This document shows, one piece after another, positions 9,405 through 18,676 of a DNA stretch of 64,000 nt (positions are counted from its first letter, which is position 1; each line of letters opens with the position of its first letter). Source of the DNA: Alphaproteobacteria bacterium. Lineage in GTDB: Bacteria; Pseudomonadota; Alphaproteobacteria; GCA-2731375. The stretch is from positions 2,013-66,012 of the forward strand of contig JASMDX010000014.1 of the NCBI GenBank assembly GCA_030752605.1. The letters run 5' to 3'. A model generated the notes under the pieces. That model did not search any database, was not told the DNA's origin, and saw only the letters and a list, made by a program, of their open reading frames with translations. The translations under genes and the position numbers were made by a program.

Positions 9405-10265
9405 CTATTCGAACTCGCGCTCTTCCCACCAGGGGAAGAAATCCGGAATATCCGTGCTCGGTTTCATGGTGTAGTTGCCAGGGCGTTTTTCCAGGAATGA
9501 CTGTACACCTTCATAGGCATCGGGCAGTTGGCCCATGGTGCGGATGCCACGGCTATCGATCTTGTGCGCTTCCATGGGGTGATCGGCGCCCAGCATCTTC
9601 CACATCATGTGCCGGCACAGGGTAACTGACACGGCGGAAGTATTCTCGGCAATCTCCCTCGCGATGGCCCGCGCCGTCGGCAACAGATCATCGGGTGCCA
9701 CCACCTGGCTGACCAGGCCGCCTTTCAAGGCTTCATCGGCAGGGAAAACCCGGCCCGACATGACCCATTCCATGGCCTGGCTAATACCTACGATGCGGGG
9801 TAAGAACCAGGAGCTGCATGCCTCCATCACCACGCCACGACGGGTGAAGACGAGGCCAAAGCGGGCCTCGGTCGAGGCAATACGGATATCCATGGGCAGT
9901 TGCATGGTGACGCCAACGCCCGCCGCCGGGCCGTTGACGGCGGCAATCAGCGGCTTTTTGGATTCGAACAGCCGCAAGCTGACCCGGCCGCCGCCATCGC
10001 GCCATTCATCAACCGGACCCTCGCCTTCGCGCTCCGCCATGTTGAAGGTGGAGGCACCGCGCGACAGATCGGCGCCGGCGCAGAAACCCCTGCCCGCGCC
10101 CGTGAAAATGATCGCGCGCACATCGTCATCGGCGTCGGCACGGTCCATGGCGTCGATAATTTCCGTGAGCATCACGCCGGTAAAAGCGTTCAGCTTGTCC
10201 GGCCGGTTCAAGGTTATGGTCAGAACGCCATCTTCTACTTCATACAGAATATCTTGATAGCTCAC
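9405..10265 (-). CDS. Enoyl-CoA hydratase/isomerase (crotonase) family protein
   Basis: Crotonase fold with the oxyanion-hole motif FTGAGRGFCAGADL. Confidence 0.85.
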   Translation of the reverse strand: MSYQDILYEVEDGVLTITLNRPDKLNAFTGVMLTEIIDAMDRADADDDVRAIIFTGAGRGFCAGADLSRGASTFNMAEREGEGPVDEWRDGGGRVSLRLFESKKPLIAAVNGPAAGVGVTMQLPMDIRIASTEARFGLVFTRRGVVMEACSSWFLPRIVGISQAMEWVMSGRVFPADEALKGGLVSQVVAPDDLLPTARAIAREIAENTSAVSVTLCRHMMWKMLGADHPMEAHKIDSRGIRTMGQLPDAYEGVQSFLEKRPGNYTMKPSTDIPDFFPWWEEREFE

Positions 10266-10267
10266 GC

Positions 10268-10837
10268 TTAGTCTCCTGCTGCGGCTGTACGGGCCGTCAC
10301 TTCAGCCTCGACGCCATCTTCCATTTCAATGCCCATGGCATCGTTGAAGCGGTTGAAAAAACCGCACAGGCCGATCCGCAAGGTCAGCTCAACAATCTGT
10401 TCCTCGCTGAAATGGCGATGCAGGCGTTCATGCATGGCATCACGGATACGGCTAGGCGTTTCCGTCACCTGCACGGAATAATCGCGCACCAGCAGATCAA
10501 CTTCGTCAAAGCCCGGCACCTGATCGGCCAGAATATTTTCCGACGCTTCCATGGACAAACCCTGATCCGCCAAGCGGGGGGCATGGTGGGCAACGCAGTA
10601 TTCGCACTCGTTCAGTTTCGAAACCACGACCAGGGCGATCTCCAGATAGCGCTTGGGCAGGACCGCCTCATCCGCCAGTTCCAGCAACAGGCCCATGATG
10701 TGGCGCAAGGCCGGCGGACGATGGGCGAAGATCTTCACTTGGTTGAGAAACGGGCCGTAATCATCGGCAAAGCGGCGGTAGACGCCCTGGGCATCCTCGG
10801 GCACCTCGTCAATTTCGATCTCTCTAACGCGTGGCAT
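10268..10837 (-). CDS. Carboxymuconolactone decarboxylase (AhpD-like) family protein
   Basis: CEYCVAHH motif typical of the CMD/AhpD family. Confidence 0.75.
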   Translation of the reverse strand: MPRVREIEIDEVPEDAQGVYRRFADDYGPFLNQVKIFAHRPPALRHIMGLLLELADEAVLPKRYLEIALVVVSKLNECEYCVAHHAPRLADQGLSMEASENILADQVPGFDEVDLLVRDYSVQVTETPSRIRDAMHERLHRHFSEEQIVELTLRIGLCGFFNRFNDAMGIEMEDGVEAEVTARTAAAGD

Positions 10838-10917
10838 GGCATTCTCCGGGCATTGTCTGGATAGGTTTCGACAATGTTATACTGAGTACGGGGTTCGACC
10901 AAGAAAACAGGTGAGAT

Positions 10918-11754
10918 ATGGAATACGGCGTAGCAATTTTTTCAACCGACTACACCATTACGCCAGCGGAACTAGCCGTGGCGGCAGAGGAACGCGGTTT
11001 TGAATCACTGTGGTTCCCGGAGCATTCCCATATCCCCCTCTCCCGCCAATCGCCATGGCCAGGTGGCGGCGATCTACCAAAGCATTATTATGACTGCATG
11101 GATCCCCTGGTCGCCATGGCCACGGCAGCCTCCGTCACCAAGAGCATTCTCCTCTGCACGGGTATCTGCCTTGTTATTCAAAGGGACCCTATTCAATTGG
11201 CGAAAGAGGTCGCGACGCTGGATCAGCTTTCGAACGGACGTGTGATCCTGGGTGTGGGTGGAGGTTGGAACGCCGAGGAAATGGCCGATCACGGTACCGA
11301 GTACAAAAGCCGCTTTCGCCTGATGGCCGAACGTATCGCAGCCATGAAAATAATCTGGACCGAGACCAAACCGGAATTCAGCGGTGAATTCGTCAACTTT
11401 CCACCCATGATGGCCTGGCCCAAACCAGCACAGAAACCTTACCCACCGATCCTGGTTGGAGGCGGTTTTCCCCATGGCGCCAAGCGCGCCATTGAATTCG
11501 GCGACGGCTGGATGCCGCTGGGTGGACGCGGCTGGGATCCGCTGGAAACCCTGCCCCGCTTCCGACAGATGGCGGCGGAGGCCGACCGGGACCCAGACAA
11601 CCTAGGCATCACCATCTTCGCTGCGGAAGACAAGCTCGACACGGTCAACCGTTACCAGGACGCCGGCGTGGAACGGACTGTCTTCACGCTGCCATCAGCA
11701 GGACGTGACCAAATCCTACCGCTATTGGACCAATATGCAGCCCTGATAACTTAG
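10918..11754 (+). CDS. LLM class flavin-dependent oxidoreductase
   Basis: Luciferase-like monooxygenase fold (SLWFPEHSHIP...GVGGGW). Confidence 0.8.
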   Translation: MEYGVAIFSTDYTITPAELAVAAEERGFESLWFPEHSHIPLSRQSPWPGGGDLPKHYYDCMDPLVAMATAASVTKSILLCTGICLVIQRDPIQLAKEVATLDQLSNGRVILGVGGGWNAEEMADHGTEYKSRFRLMAERIAAMKIIWTETKPEFSGEFVNFPPMMAWPKPAQKPYPPILVGGGFPHGAKRAIEFGDGWMPLGGRGWDPLETLPRFRQMAAEADRDPDNLGITIFAAEDKLDTVNRYQDAGVERTVFTLPSAGRDQILPLLDQYAALIT

Positions 11755-12656
11755 GAAAAGGCGGCAAAGACCTCTTGAAAGGCAACCAACTGGTTGCCGT
11801 TAGCGGACGACGGCACCAGGATCGGCGTGCGCACGCCGGTATCGAACCAGGCTTCCAGGCCTTCACGAACCTGGCCTACACTGCCGAACAAGGTGTTGTC
11901 GGTTAGCCATTTATCGCTCAGATGGTCGGCGACTTTTTCGGGCTCTCCCGCCGCCATGGCCTCTTCCACGCCGGCCATTTCCTCGGCATAGCCGGATTCT
12001 TTCCAATAATTACGGTAGTTCGGCAATTGCGCATAGGACGTCAGGGTGCGGCGGTTGACCGCCTTAGCGGCCTCCACATCATCGGAGATACAGGTAGGGA
12101 TCATGTTGCCGATGTAGAAATTTTCATCGTTGCGCTTCTCGTCCGACAAGGCAGCCAATGATGTCTTCATGAAACTGCGGGAGGCATTGGCGAAGACCAT
12201 GCCGTCGCCGATTTCGCCGGCCAGGGCGATCATCTTGCGGCGCATGGCGGCCAGGATGATCGGGGGCAATTCGCCAACCCGCTCCATGGCCTTTAGCTCG
12301 GTGACGAATTCGCGGGTATCAGACAACGGCTTGCCAGCCGTGACCTTCATACGTTTCAGGGATGGGCCATGGCTGACCCCAATGCCAAAGCGGAAGCGCC
12401 CACCCGAGATCTCGTGAATGAACGATATCGTCTGGGCATAGTCCACCACCGTGCGGGCGTAGATCGGCGCGATCGAGGTGCCGAATGGGATCTCGTTGGT
12501 GCACTGGGCCAGAGCGGCGCACAGCGTCACGTTGGCAACAGTGGAGGGGCAATAGATGCCCGTGAAGCCACGGCGTTCAATCTCGCCAGCCAATTCCAGG
12601 GTGGCTTTACGGCGACCGGGCACGGCGGCCAGGCTGATTGCGGGCATTTGTGTCAT
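11751..12656 (-). CDS. LLM class flavin-dependent oxidoreductase
   Basis: Luciferase-like monooxygenase fold. Convergent with the preceding gene, sharing 4 nt. Confidence 0.8.
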   Translation of the reverse strand: MTQMPAISLAAVPGRRKATLELAGEIERRGFTGIYCPSTVANVTLCAALAQCTNEIPFGTSIAPIYARTVVDYAQTISFIHEISGGRFRFGIGVSHGPSLKRMKVTAGKPLSDTREFVTELKAMERVGELPPIILAAMRRKMIALAGEIGDGMVFANASRSFMKTSLAALSDEKRNDENFYIGNMIPTCISDDVEAAKAVNRRTLTSYAQLPNYRNYWKESGYAEEMAGVEEAMAAGEPEKVADHLSDKWLTDNTLFGSVGQVREGLEAWFDTGVRTPILVPSSANGNQLVAFQEVFAAFS

Positions 12657-12738
12657 CAGTTCACTCCAATCGAGTTACGTCTTCAGAATTTCATTGATCA
12701 TCGTACTGGACACCAGAGCCCATGGACATGGCCAAGGT

Positions 12739-13971
12739 TTAGTTTTCCGTCGGCAAGCTGAAGACCTGGCCGGGAAAGATCATATCCGGATCGCGGATCT
12801 GAGCGTTGTTGGCCTGATAGATCACCGTGTAACGGTTACCACTGCCATAGACCCGCCGGGCAATGCGCCACAGACTGTTACCGGGCTGAACAATGACTCG
12901 GTAGCGGGCCTTGGTGCTAGCCAAAACCTCGGCCGCGGCAACGCGGACGAACGGAAGTTCAATACGGTTGACCACCTTGCCGCTATCGTCCAACTGGTCC
13001 ACCCGCAGGGTGTGGCCGCCAGGCGCCACTTCCGCCTTTGGCTTCAACTGCCAGCCCTTGGCCTGGTCCGCCTGGGCGATGCCAACGGGCTTGTTGTCGA
13101 CATAGGCCCGCACCCTGGCGCCTTTTGGGGCGCTGCCCGTGACCACGACATTGCCCTTGTCATCATAGTCGACGGTATCGACGCTCAATTTGCTGCGGGA
13201 TGAGCCACCCTTTGGTTCCGGTTTTTGCAACAGCTTGGCCGGGGCATCAGCGCTTTTTGGCAGCAGGACGGCCAGGGCCGTTCGCTGTTGTTTCTTAACA
13301 GCCGCCGGCTTAGCGGGAGTTGTCTTGGCTGGCGCCGTCTTGGCTGCGGTCGTCCGAGTGGTTTCTGCGGGCGCCTTTTTCTGCGGCACCATCAAGGCAA
13401 CGACACTCTCCGCGGCAATGCTCCGCCCATCCGGCATTATCGCGAGCAGATCCAATTCGGCCTGGCCGCTGGGCAAGGGTTTGTCGACTACCACCACCCA
13501 TTCGCCGCGTTTCGAGGTTGGCGCATCGGCCAGGACCTGTCCGTCCAGCATTAGCCGCACGATGGAGCCGGCCGGCGCGCGGCCGGCGATCACCGCCGTG
13601 CGGTCCTTGGCGACACGGACGATATCAAACGACGGTGCCTTGAGCGCAGAGGGCGCAGGCTGTTGCGGTGCCGGTGTGCTTTTCCGGATGTTTTTTCGGG
13701 CGGTGGGTAGTACCGGCGAGGCCGCCGATGACGGTGCGGCCAGCTTCGCTTCCGTCTGGGCGGTGGGCGCTTTCGCGGGCGCCATAGCTAATTTTTCCGC
13801 CGGTTCCTGTCGGGCCGCGGTCATTGGCACTGGTTCTTCCTGCCAAGATACAAAAGCCAGCAGGCCACCCAAAAGAACGACCCCAGCCGCTATAATAATA
13901 ATATTGCGCACGCCATCTCTCCAAACCAGAGCTATGCAAGGGTAATCTTTCACCCCGTCAGGGGCAATCAC
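12739..13971 (-). CDS. LysM peptidoglycan-binding protein with an N-terminal TM anchor and an Ala/Pro/Lys/Thr-rich linker
   Basis: C-terminal LysM motif (NSLWRIARRVYGSGNRYTVIYQANNAQIRDPDMIFPGQVFSLP), one N-terminal TM segment and a low-complexity middle. Confidence 0.7.
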   Translation of the reverse strand: MIAPDGVKDYPCIALVWRDGVRNIIIIAAGVVLLGGLLAFVSWQEEPVPMTAARQEPAEKLAMAPAKAPTAQTEAKLAAPSSAASPVLPTARKNIRKSTPAPQQPAPSALKAPSFDIVRVAKDRTAVIAGRAPAGSIVRLMLDGQVLADAPTSKRGEWVVVVDKPLPSGQAELDLLAIMPDGRSIAAESVVALMVPQKKAPAETTRTTAAKTAPAKTTPAKPAAVKKQQRTALAVLLPKSADAPAKLLQKPEPKGGSSRSKLSVDTVDYDDKGNVVVTGSAPKGARVRAYVDNKPVGIAQADQAKGWQLKPKAEVAPGGHTLRVDQLDDSGKVVNRIELPFVRVAAAEVLASTKARYRVIVQPGNSLWRIARRVYGSGNRYTVIYQANNAQIRDPDMIFPGQVFSLPTEN

Positions 13972-13985
13972 CTAACATTGCTGCG

Positions 13986-14866
13986 CTAATTTTTCGCCCT
14001 GCTTTCAACCCGATGAACAATGGCGGGAACAGTGCGCAGATAGCGCGCGATAGCGTTCAAATCTTCGTCATTCAGATAGCCCAGGCCGTCGCGGATGGCC
14101 TCGGCCATGCTGCCCTGCACATCATCATAGTCGGGCTTTGTCCCATCGCGCAGCAATTGGACAATATCAGCCTCATTCAAATCGCCGATGCCGGTTCCCA
14201 GATCGGGGGTGATATTAGGCACCAGTTCCCCGTCGGGGCCATAGGAGGTGCCGGCCAAAAATCCGGATGGCTGCATCGCGCCCATGAAATTGCGCGCCGT
14301 ATGGCATTCGCCGCAATATGCTAGGGCATGCACCAAATAACCTCCACGGTTCCATGCAGCATCCCGCTCGGCCCGGTCCAGCCAGGGCCCTGGCGCAAAA
14401 AACAGCCATTTCCACAAACCAATGGTCCAGCGACAAGAAAACGGCGCGGCAACGTCATGGGCCTTGTTCGGGCGCTCGATGGGAGCCAGGGCGAACAGAT
14501 AGGCTTTGATGGCCACGGCATCTTCCGCCCGCATGGCGTTATAACTGGGGTAGGGAAAGACCGGAAAGTAGTCGCCGCCGCCCGGGCGCCGGCCATGGCG
14601 CAAGGCATCAAGAAAATCCTGTTCGCTCCACGTTCGATGCCGGTTTCAGAGTGCGGCGTGATGTTGGGACTGTAGAAAACACCGAACGGCGTCTTCAGGC
14701 CGCGGCCACCCGCCAAGGGCGCACCGCCGCCCTTGGTATCCGTATGGCAACCCACACAGCCCGCCGCCCGGATCAGGTATGCGCCGCGCGCGACCTTATC
14801 ATCCGCAGCGGCGCCAGTGATGCCGAAACCGAGTAATATAACTATAACCACACCGAATCGGCTCAT
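13986..14866 (-). pseudogene. Dihaem cytochrome c (class I), disrupted by a -1 frameshift
   Basis: The signal peptide and first haem site CVGCH...FGVFYSPNITPHSETGI lie in one frame (ORF 14321..14866). The continuation WSEQDFLDALRHGRRPGG...YCGECH (second haem site) lies in the -1 frame (ORF 13986..14603). The junction is at about 14615-14625 (plus coordinates). Confidence 0.7.
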
Positions 14867-15239
14867 TGGCGCAGGTCCACCTTGACTTCCCGCCCGCCAA
14901 AGCCATGCACCTTGTCATGGACCCGCAGGCGCACACGTACCTTAGTCTCGCCTATGGCGATGCCGGAGAGGGAGCGCGTAAAGGGTTTTTCATGCCCATG
15001 GGGATGGCCTAATACCCGCTTACCCATCACCTTGTTATTCGGCCCAACGACCTCCCACGCATCAGCATAATGTTCCAGCCTCCGTCATCGTGACGCACGG
15101 TGACGGCAAAACTATAGACGTCGGGGCCGCTTTTCGTCACTTTCACCCCGACAACGTCAGCAGGGCCCGCCAGCGCGGTTTGGCCCACGGTTAGAATGAC
15201 CAGCAATCTCGGTAAGGCGCGAAGGATCGAATTCATCAT
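14863..15239 (-). pseudogene. Small exported His-rich protein, -1 frameshift; translationally coupled (ATGA) to the cytochrome c gene
   Basis: Signal peptide MMNSILRALPRLLVILTVGQTALAGP, then DVVGVKVTKSGPDVYSFAVTVRHDDGGWN. The sequence continues in the +1 frame as HYADAWEVVGPNNKVMGKRVLGHPHGHEKPF...VKVDLRQ. One C appears to be missing at about 15071-15074 (AACCAT read as AACAT). Confidence 0.5.
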
Positions 15240-15822
15240 GGCAGAAATTTCCTCGATCTGCGTCTATTGTGGCTCGCGTCTCGGCCAGCAACAAGAATAC
15301 TGCGATACGGCTGTGAAGCTTGGTCAAGAAATCGCGAGACGGAGCATCCGTCTGGTTTATGGCGGCGGCCATGTAGGCCTGATGGGCGCGGTGGCCGACG
15401 CGGTGCTGGATGAAGGCGGAGAGGTCATCGGAGTCATCCCGCAACATCTGCAAGATTGGGAGGTCGGCCATCATGGTCTGACGGAATTGCATGTGGTCGA
15501 TACCATGCATGCCCGCAAACAGCTGATGTTCGAACTATCCGATGGCTTTGTCGCCCTGCCGGGGGGTATCGGCACCTTGGACGAGACTTTTGAAATCATC
15601 TCCTGGCGGCAATTGCGTCTGCACAACAAGCCTTTGGTGATACTGGATAATAACGGATACTGGCAGCCCATGGAGGCTTTGTTGCAGGCCGTTGTAACAG
15701 GCGGCTTCGCCGATCCGGGGATCGCGGATTTCTACGCCATGGCACAGGATGTGGACGGCGTTTTTGCTGCCCTCGCCGCCGCTCCCAGCCCCGCCGGGCC
15801 GGGTCATCCGGAGCGGTTCTGA
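15238..15822 (+). CDS. LOG family protein (cytokinin riboside 5'-monophosphate phosphoribohydrolase-like, TIGR00730)
   Basis: Motifs ICVYCGS, LVYGGGHVGLMG and PGGIGTLDE. Start MAEISS at 15238. Confidence 0.85.
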   Translation: MAEISSICVYCGSRLGQQQEYCDTAVKLGQEIARRSIRLVYGGGHVGLMGAVADAVLDEGGEVIGVIPQHLQDWEVGHHGLTELHVVDTMHARKQLMFELSDGFVALPGGIGTLDETFEIISWRQLRLHNKPLVILDNNGYWQPMEALLQAVVTGGFADPGIADFYAMAQDVDGVFAALAAAPSPAGPGHPERF

Positions 15823-15891
15823 GAATCTTTGACCTGGGGCCTCTAGGTGGATATGTTCCGCCCGAACAATAGAGGCGGCTCAAGCTGCCCT

Positions 15892-15923
15892 AGAGGTTAG
15901 GTAGCCGCCAAAGAGGTTAGGTA
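15892..15923. repeat. Perfect 12-bp direct repeat AGAGGTTAGGTA x2 (15892-15903 and 15912-15923), ending 1 nt before the icd ATG
   Basis: Seen directly. The second copy supplies the Shine-Dalgarno sequence for icd. Confidence 0.6.
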
Positions 15924-15924
15924 T

Positions 15925-17139
15925 ATGAGCAAGATAAAAGTGAAAACACCCGTCGTCGAACTCGACGGCGACGAAATGACACGCATCATCTGGGCCTTTA
16001 TTAAGGAAAAATTGATACTGCCGTATTTGGACGTGGACCTGAAATATTACGATCTTGGCATCGAAAAGCGCGATGAAACCGACGATCAGATCACTATCGA
16101 TTGCGCCGAGGCGATCAAGGAATACGGCGTCGGCGTGAAATGCGCTACCATCACCCCGGATGAAGAGCGGGTGGAGGAGTTCGGTCTAAAATCCATGTGG
16201 CGCTCACCCAACGGCACCATTCGGAACATTCTGGGCGGCACTGTTTTTCGGGAGCCGATCATCTGCCAGAACGTACCACGCCTTGTGCCTGGCTGGACCC
16301 ATCCCATCGTGATCGGCCGTCATGCTTTCGGCGACCAGTACCGCGCGACGGATTTCGTGGTGCCCGGCAAGGGCAAGCTGACCATGAAGTTCGAGCCCGA
16401 GGACGGCAGCGAGGTGATTGAACGGGAGGTCTTTGATTTCCCCGGCGGCGGCGTGGCCATGTCCATGTACAATCTGGACGATTCAATCCGCGATTTCGCC
16501 CGCGCCTGCATGAGCTATGGCGTACAGCGTAAATGGCCGGTCTATATGTCCACCAAGAACACCATCCTGAAAGCCTATGACGGCCGCTTCAAGGATCTGT
16601 TCCAGGAGGTTTTCGAGGCCGAATACGAAGAGCAGTACAAGGGACTGGGCCTGACCTACGAGCATCGCCTGATCGATGACATGGTGGCCTGCGCCCTCAA
16701 GTGGGAAGGCGAATTTATCTGGGCCTGTAAGAACTATGACGGCGATGTGCAATCCGACACGGTTGCCCAGGGCTTTGGCTCGCTTGGTTTGATGACCTCG
16801 ATCCTGATGACGCCCGATGGCAAGACGGTGGAGGCGGAAGCCGCCCACGGCACCGTCACCCGCCATTACCGCGAACATCAAAAAGGCAACGAAACCTCGA
16901 CCAACCCGATCGCCTCGATCTTCGCCTGGACCGGTGGACTGAAGCACCGTGGCCGCATGGACAAGACCCCTGATGTGACCAAATTCGCCGAGACTCTGGA
17001 AAAGGTCTGCGTCGAAACGGTCGAATCCGGCGCCATGACCAAGGATCTGGCCATCTTGATCGGCCCTGAGCAAAAGTGGCTGACCACGAACCAGTTCCTT
17101 GAGGCACTGGACACCAACCTGCAAAAGGCCATGGGCTAA
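15925..17139 (+). CDS. icd: NADP-dependent isocitrate dehydrogenase (404-aa subfamily II type)
   Basis: Strong full-length similarity to eukaryote-like dimeric NADP-IDH (MSKIKV...[16 protein letters not shown]...). Confidence 0.95.
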   Translation: MSKIKVKTPVVELDGDEMTRIIWAFIKEKLILPYLDVDLKYYDLGIEKRDETDDQITIDCAEAIKEYGVGVKCATITPDEERVEEFGLKSMWRSPNGTIRNILGGTVFREPIICQNVPRLVPGWTHPIVIGRHAFGDQYRATDFVVPGKGKLTMKFEPEDGSEVIEREVFDFPGGGVAMSMYNLDDSIRDFARACMSYGVQRKWPVYMSTKNTILKAYDGRFKDLFQEVFEAEYEEQYKGLGLTYEHRLIDDMVACALKWEGEFIWACKNYDGDVQSDTVAQGFGSLGLMTSILMTPDGKTVEAEAAHGTVTRHYREHQKGNETSTNPIASIFAWTGGLKHRGRMDKTPDVTKFAETLEKVCVETVESGAMTKDLAILIGPEQKWLTTNQFLEALDTNLQKAMG

Positions 17140-17167
17140 CGCCTCCAGCCTTTTTCGCGTTACGATA

Positions 17168-17205
17168 CAGGGCCCGCTGGCAACGGCGGGCCCTGTTTTC
17201 TTATT
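17168..17205 (+). terminator. Rho-independent terminator after icd
   Basis: Perfect 10-bp stem CAGGGCCCGC/GCGGGCCCTG with loop TGGCAACG, followed by TTTTCTTATT. Confidence 0.75.
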
Positions 17206-17219
17206 CGAGGAACTTCATC

Positions 17220-18473
17220 ATGGACCTGACACCATCGCCGGAGGCCTATGCGGTCCTTGATCAAGTCCGTCAGTTGTTCGAGCAGGACATCCTGCCGCGG
17301 AACCGGGAGATGATCCGTTCCGCCAAGCAGGATGGCGAGCTGGACCCGCCGTTTCTTGACGAGCTGCGTGCCAAGGCCAAGTCACTGAACCTGTGGAATA
17401 TGGCGCATACGGATTTGACGGAACGCCAGGCGGGCCTGTCCATGAGTAATCTGGACTACTCCATTGTCGCTGAATTGCTGGGGCGGGTTTTTTGGTCCTC
17501 GAAAGTGTTCAACTGCCAATGGCCCGACGTTCCCAACATGGTCGCCTTGCAAAGATACGCCACTGAGGAAAAAAAGGAAAAATGGCTGAAACCACTGCTG
17601 GACGGCGATTGCCAGTCCGCCTTTGCCATGACGGAACCAGGTGCCGCATCGTCAGACGCCAAGAATATTGCCGCCACCATAACGCCGGATGGCGATAATT
17701 ATATTGTCGATGGCCAGAAATGGTACATCACCGGCGGCGGCCATGAACGTTGCCGGTTCTATCTGTTTCTAGGCCTCAGCAACCCGGACGCGGCCCAGAA
17801 CAGACGCCACAGCGTCATCCTTGTTCCCCGTGAAACAACCGGCGTCACGGTCGGCGGCGCCAATGCCTTTTTCGGCTATTCGGAACCGAACGGCCCGGCA
17901 TCGGAAATCAAATTCGACCAGGTTCGGGTGCCGAAAGAGAACCTCCTTGGCGGGTTGGGCGAAGGCTTTGCCGTCTCGCAAGCCCGTCTGGCCCCTGCCC
18001 GCCTGCATCATTCCATGCGCGCCATCGGCCAGTGCGAATTGCTGATGGAGCTAATGTACGCCCGCGCCCTGGAACGCCACGCCTTTGGCCGCGCCCTTGA
18101 AGGTTACGACACGGTACAATACGCCATCGCGCATTCCAGGGTCGAAACAGAACAAATGCGCCTGCTGCTGCGCAAGGTCGCCGCACAGGTTGATATGGAG
18201 GGGGAAAAGGCCGCCTACCGTGATCTCTCTATCCTCAAGGTCGCCATCGCCCAAGGCTATTACCGCATCGCCGACCGCGCCGTGCAGGTATTCGGCGCCA
18301 TGGGAGGCTATGACGGCACCCCACTTGCGGATGCCTTCGCCTGGAGTAGGGTTTTCAGGATTGGCGACGGCCCCGACGAAGTGCATCTGCGCAGCATCTT
18401 CCGCGCCGAGCCCAAGCCGGAGTTGGCGCTGGCGGACTCGCCCTACGTGGTACCGCCGGGCGATTGGGTATAG
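17220..18473 (+). CDS. Acyl-CoA dehydrogenase family protein
   Basis: ACAD fold of 417 aa, with an FAMTEPGAASSDA motif. Confidence 0.8.
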   Translation: MDLTPSPEAYAVLDQVRQLFEQDILPRNREMIRSAKQDGELDPPFLDELRAKAKSLNLWNMAHTDLTERQAGLSMSNLDYSIVAELLGRVFWSSKVFNCQWPDVPNMVALQRYATEEKKEKWLKPLLDGDCQSAFAMTEPGAASSDAKNIAATITPDGDNYIVDGQKWYITGGGHERCRFYLFLGLSNPDAAQNRRHSVILVPRETTGVTVGGANAFFGYSEPNGPASEIKFDQVRVPKENLLGGLGEGFAVSQARLAPARLHHSMRAIGQCELLMELMYARALERHAFGRALEGYDTVQYAIAHSRVETEQMRLLLRKVAAQVDMEGEKAAYRDLSILKVAIAQGYYRIADRAVQVFGAMGGYDGTPLADAFAWSRVFRIGDGPDEVHLRSIFRAEPKPELALADSPYVVPPGDWV

Positions 18474-18676
18474 GAAAATTTGGGAATTTAGCTCCCCAAA
18501 AAAGGCCGTGAAGGCACCTCCGTACCGATCATGAAAGCGGACCTCTGATTCCAATGCCACCGCCAGCACATTGGCGACGATCAACAGGCCCAGCAGAAAA
18601 TCCATGGTGCACTGGCTGGCCGTGGCACGATTGCCCTCTCCAGCAGATCATAGAGCTGCTGCTTCAGCACCATGGC

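Noticed and set aside
14600-15080. The two -1 shifts read as programmed ribosomal frameshifts
   Set aside because: There is no slippery heptamer or downstream pseudoknot context. Both sit in ordinary G/C runs.
18051-18605. 184-aa minus-strand ORF overlapping the 3' end of the acyl-CoA dehydrogenase gene
   Set aside because: It is antisense to a well-supported ACAD gene and its sequence is low-complexity.
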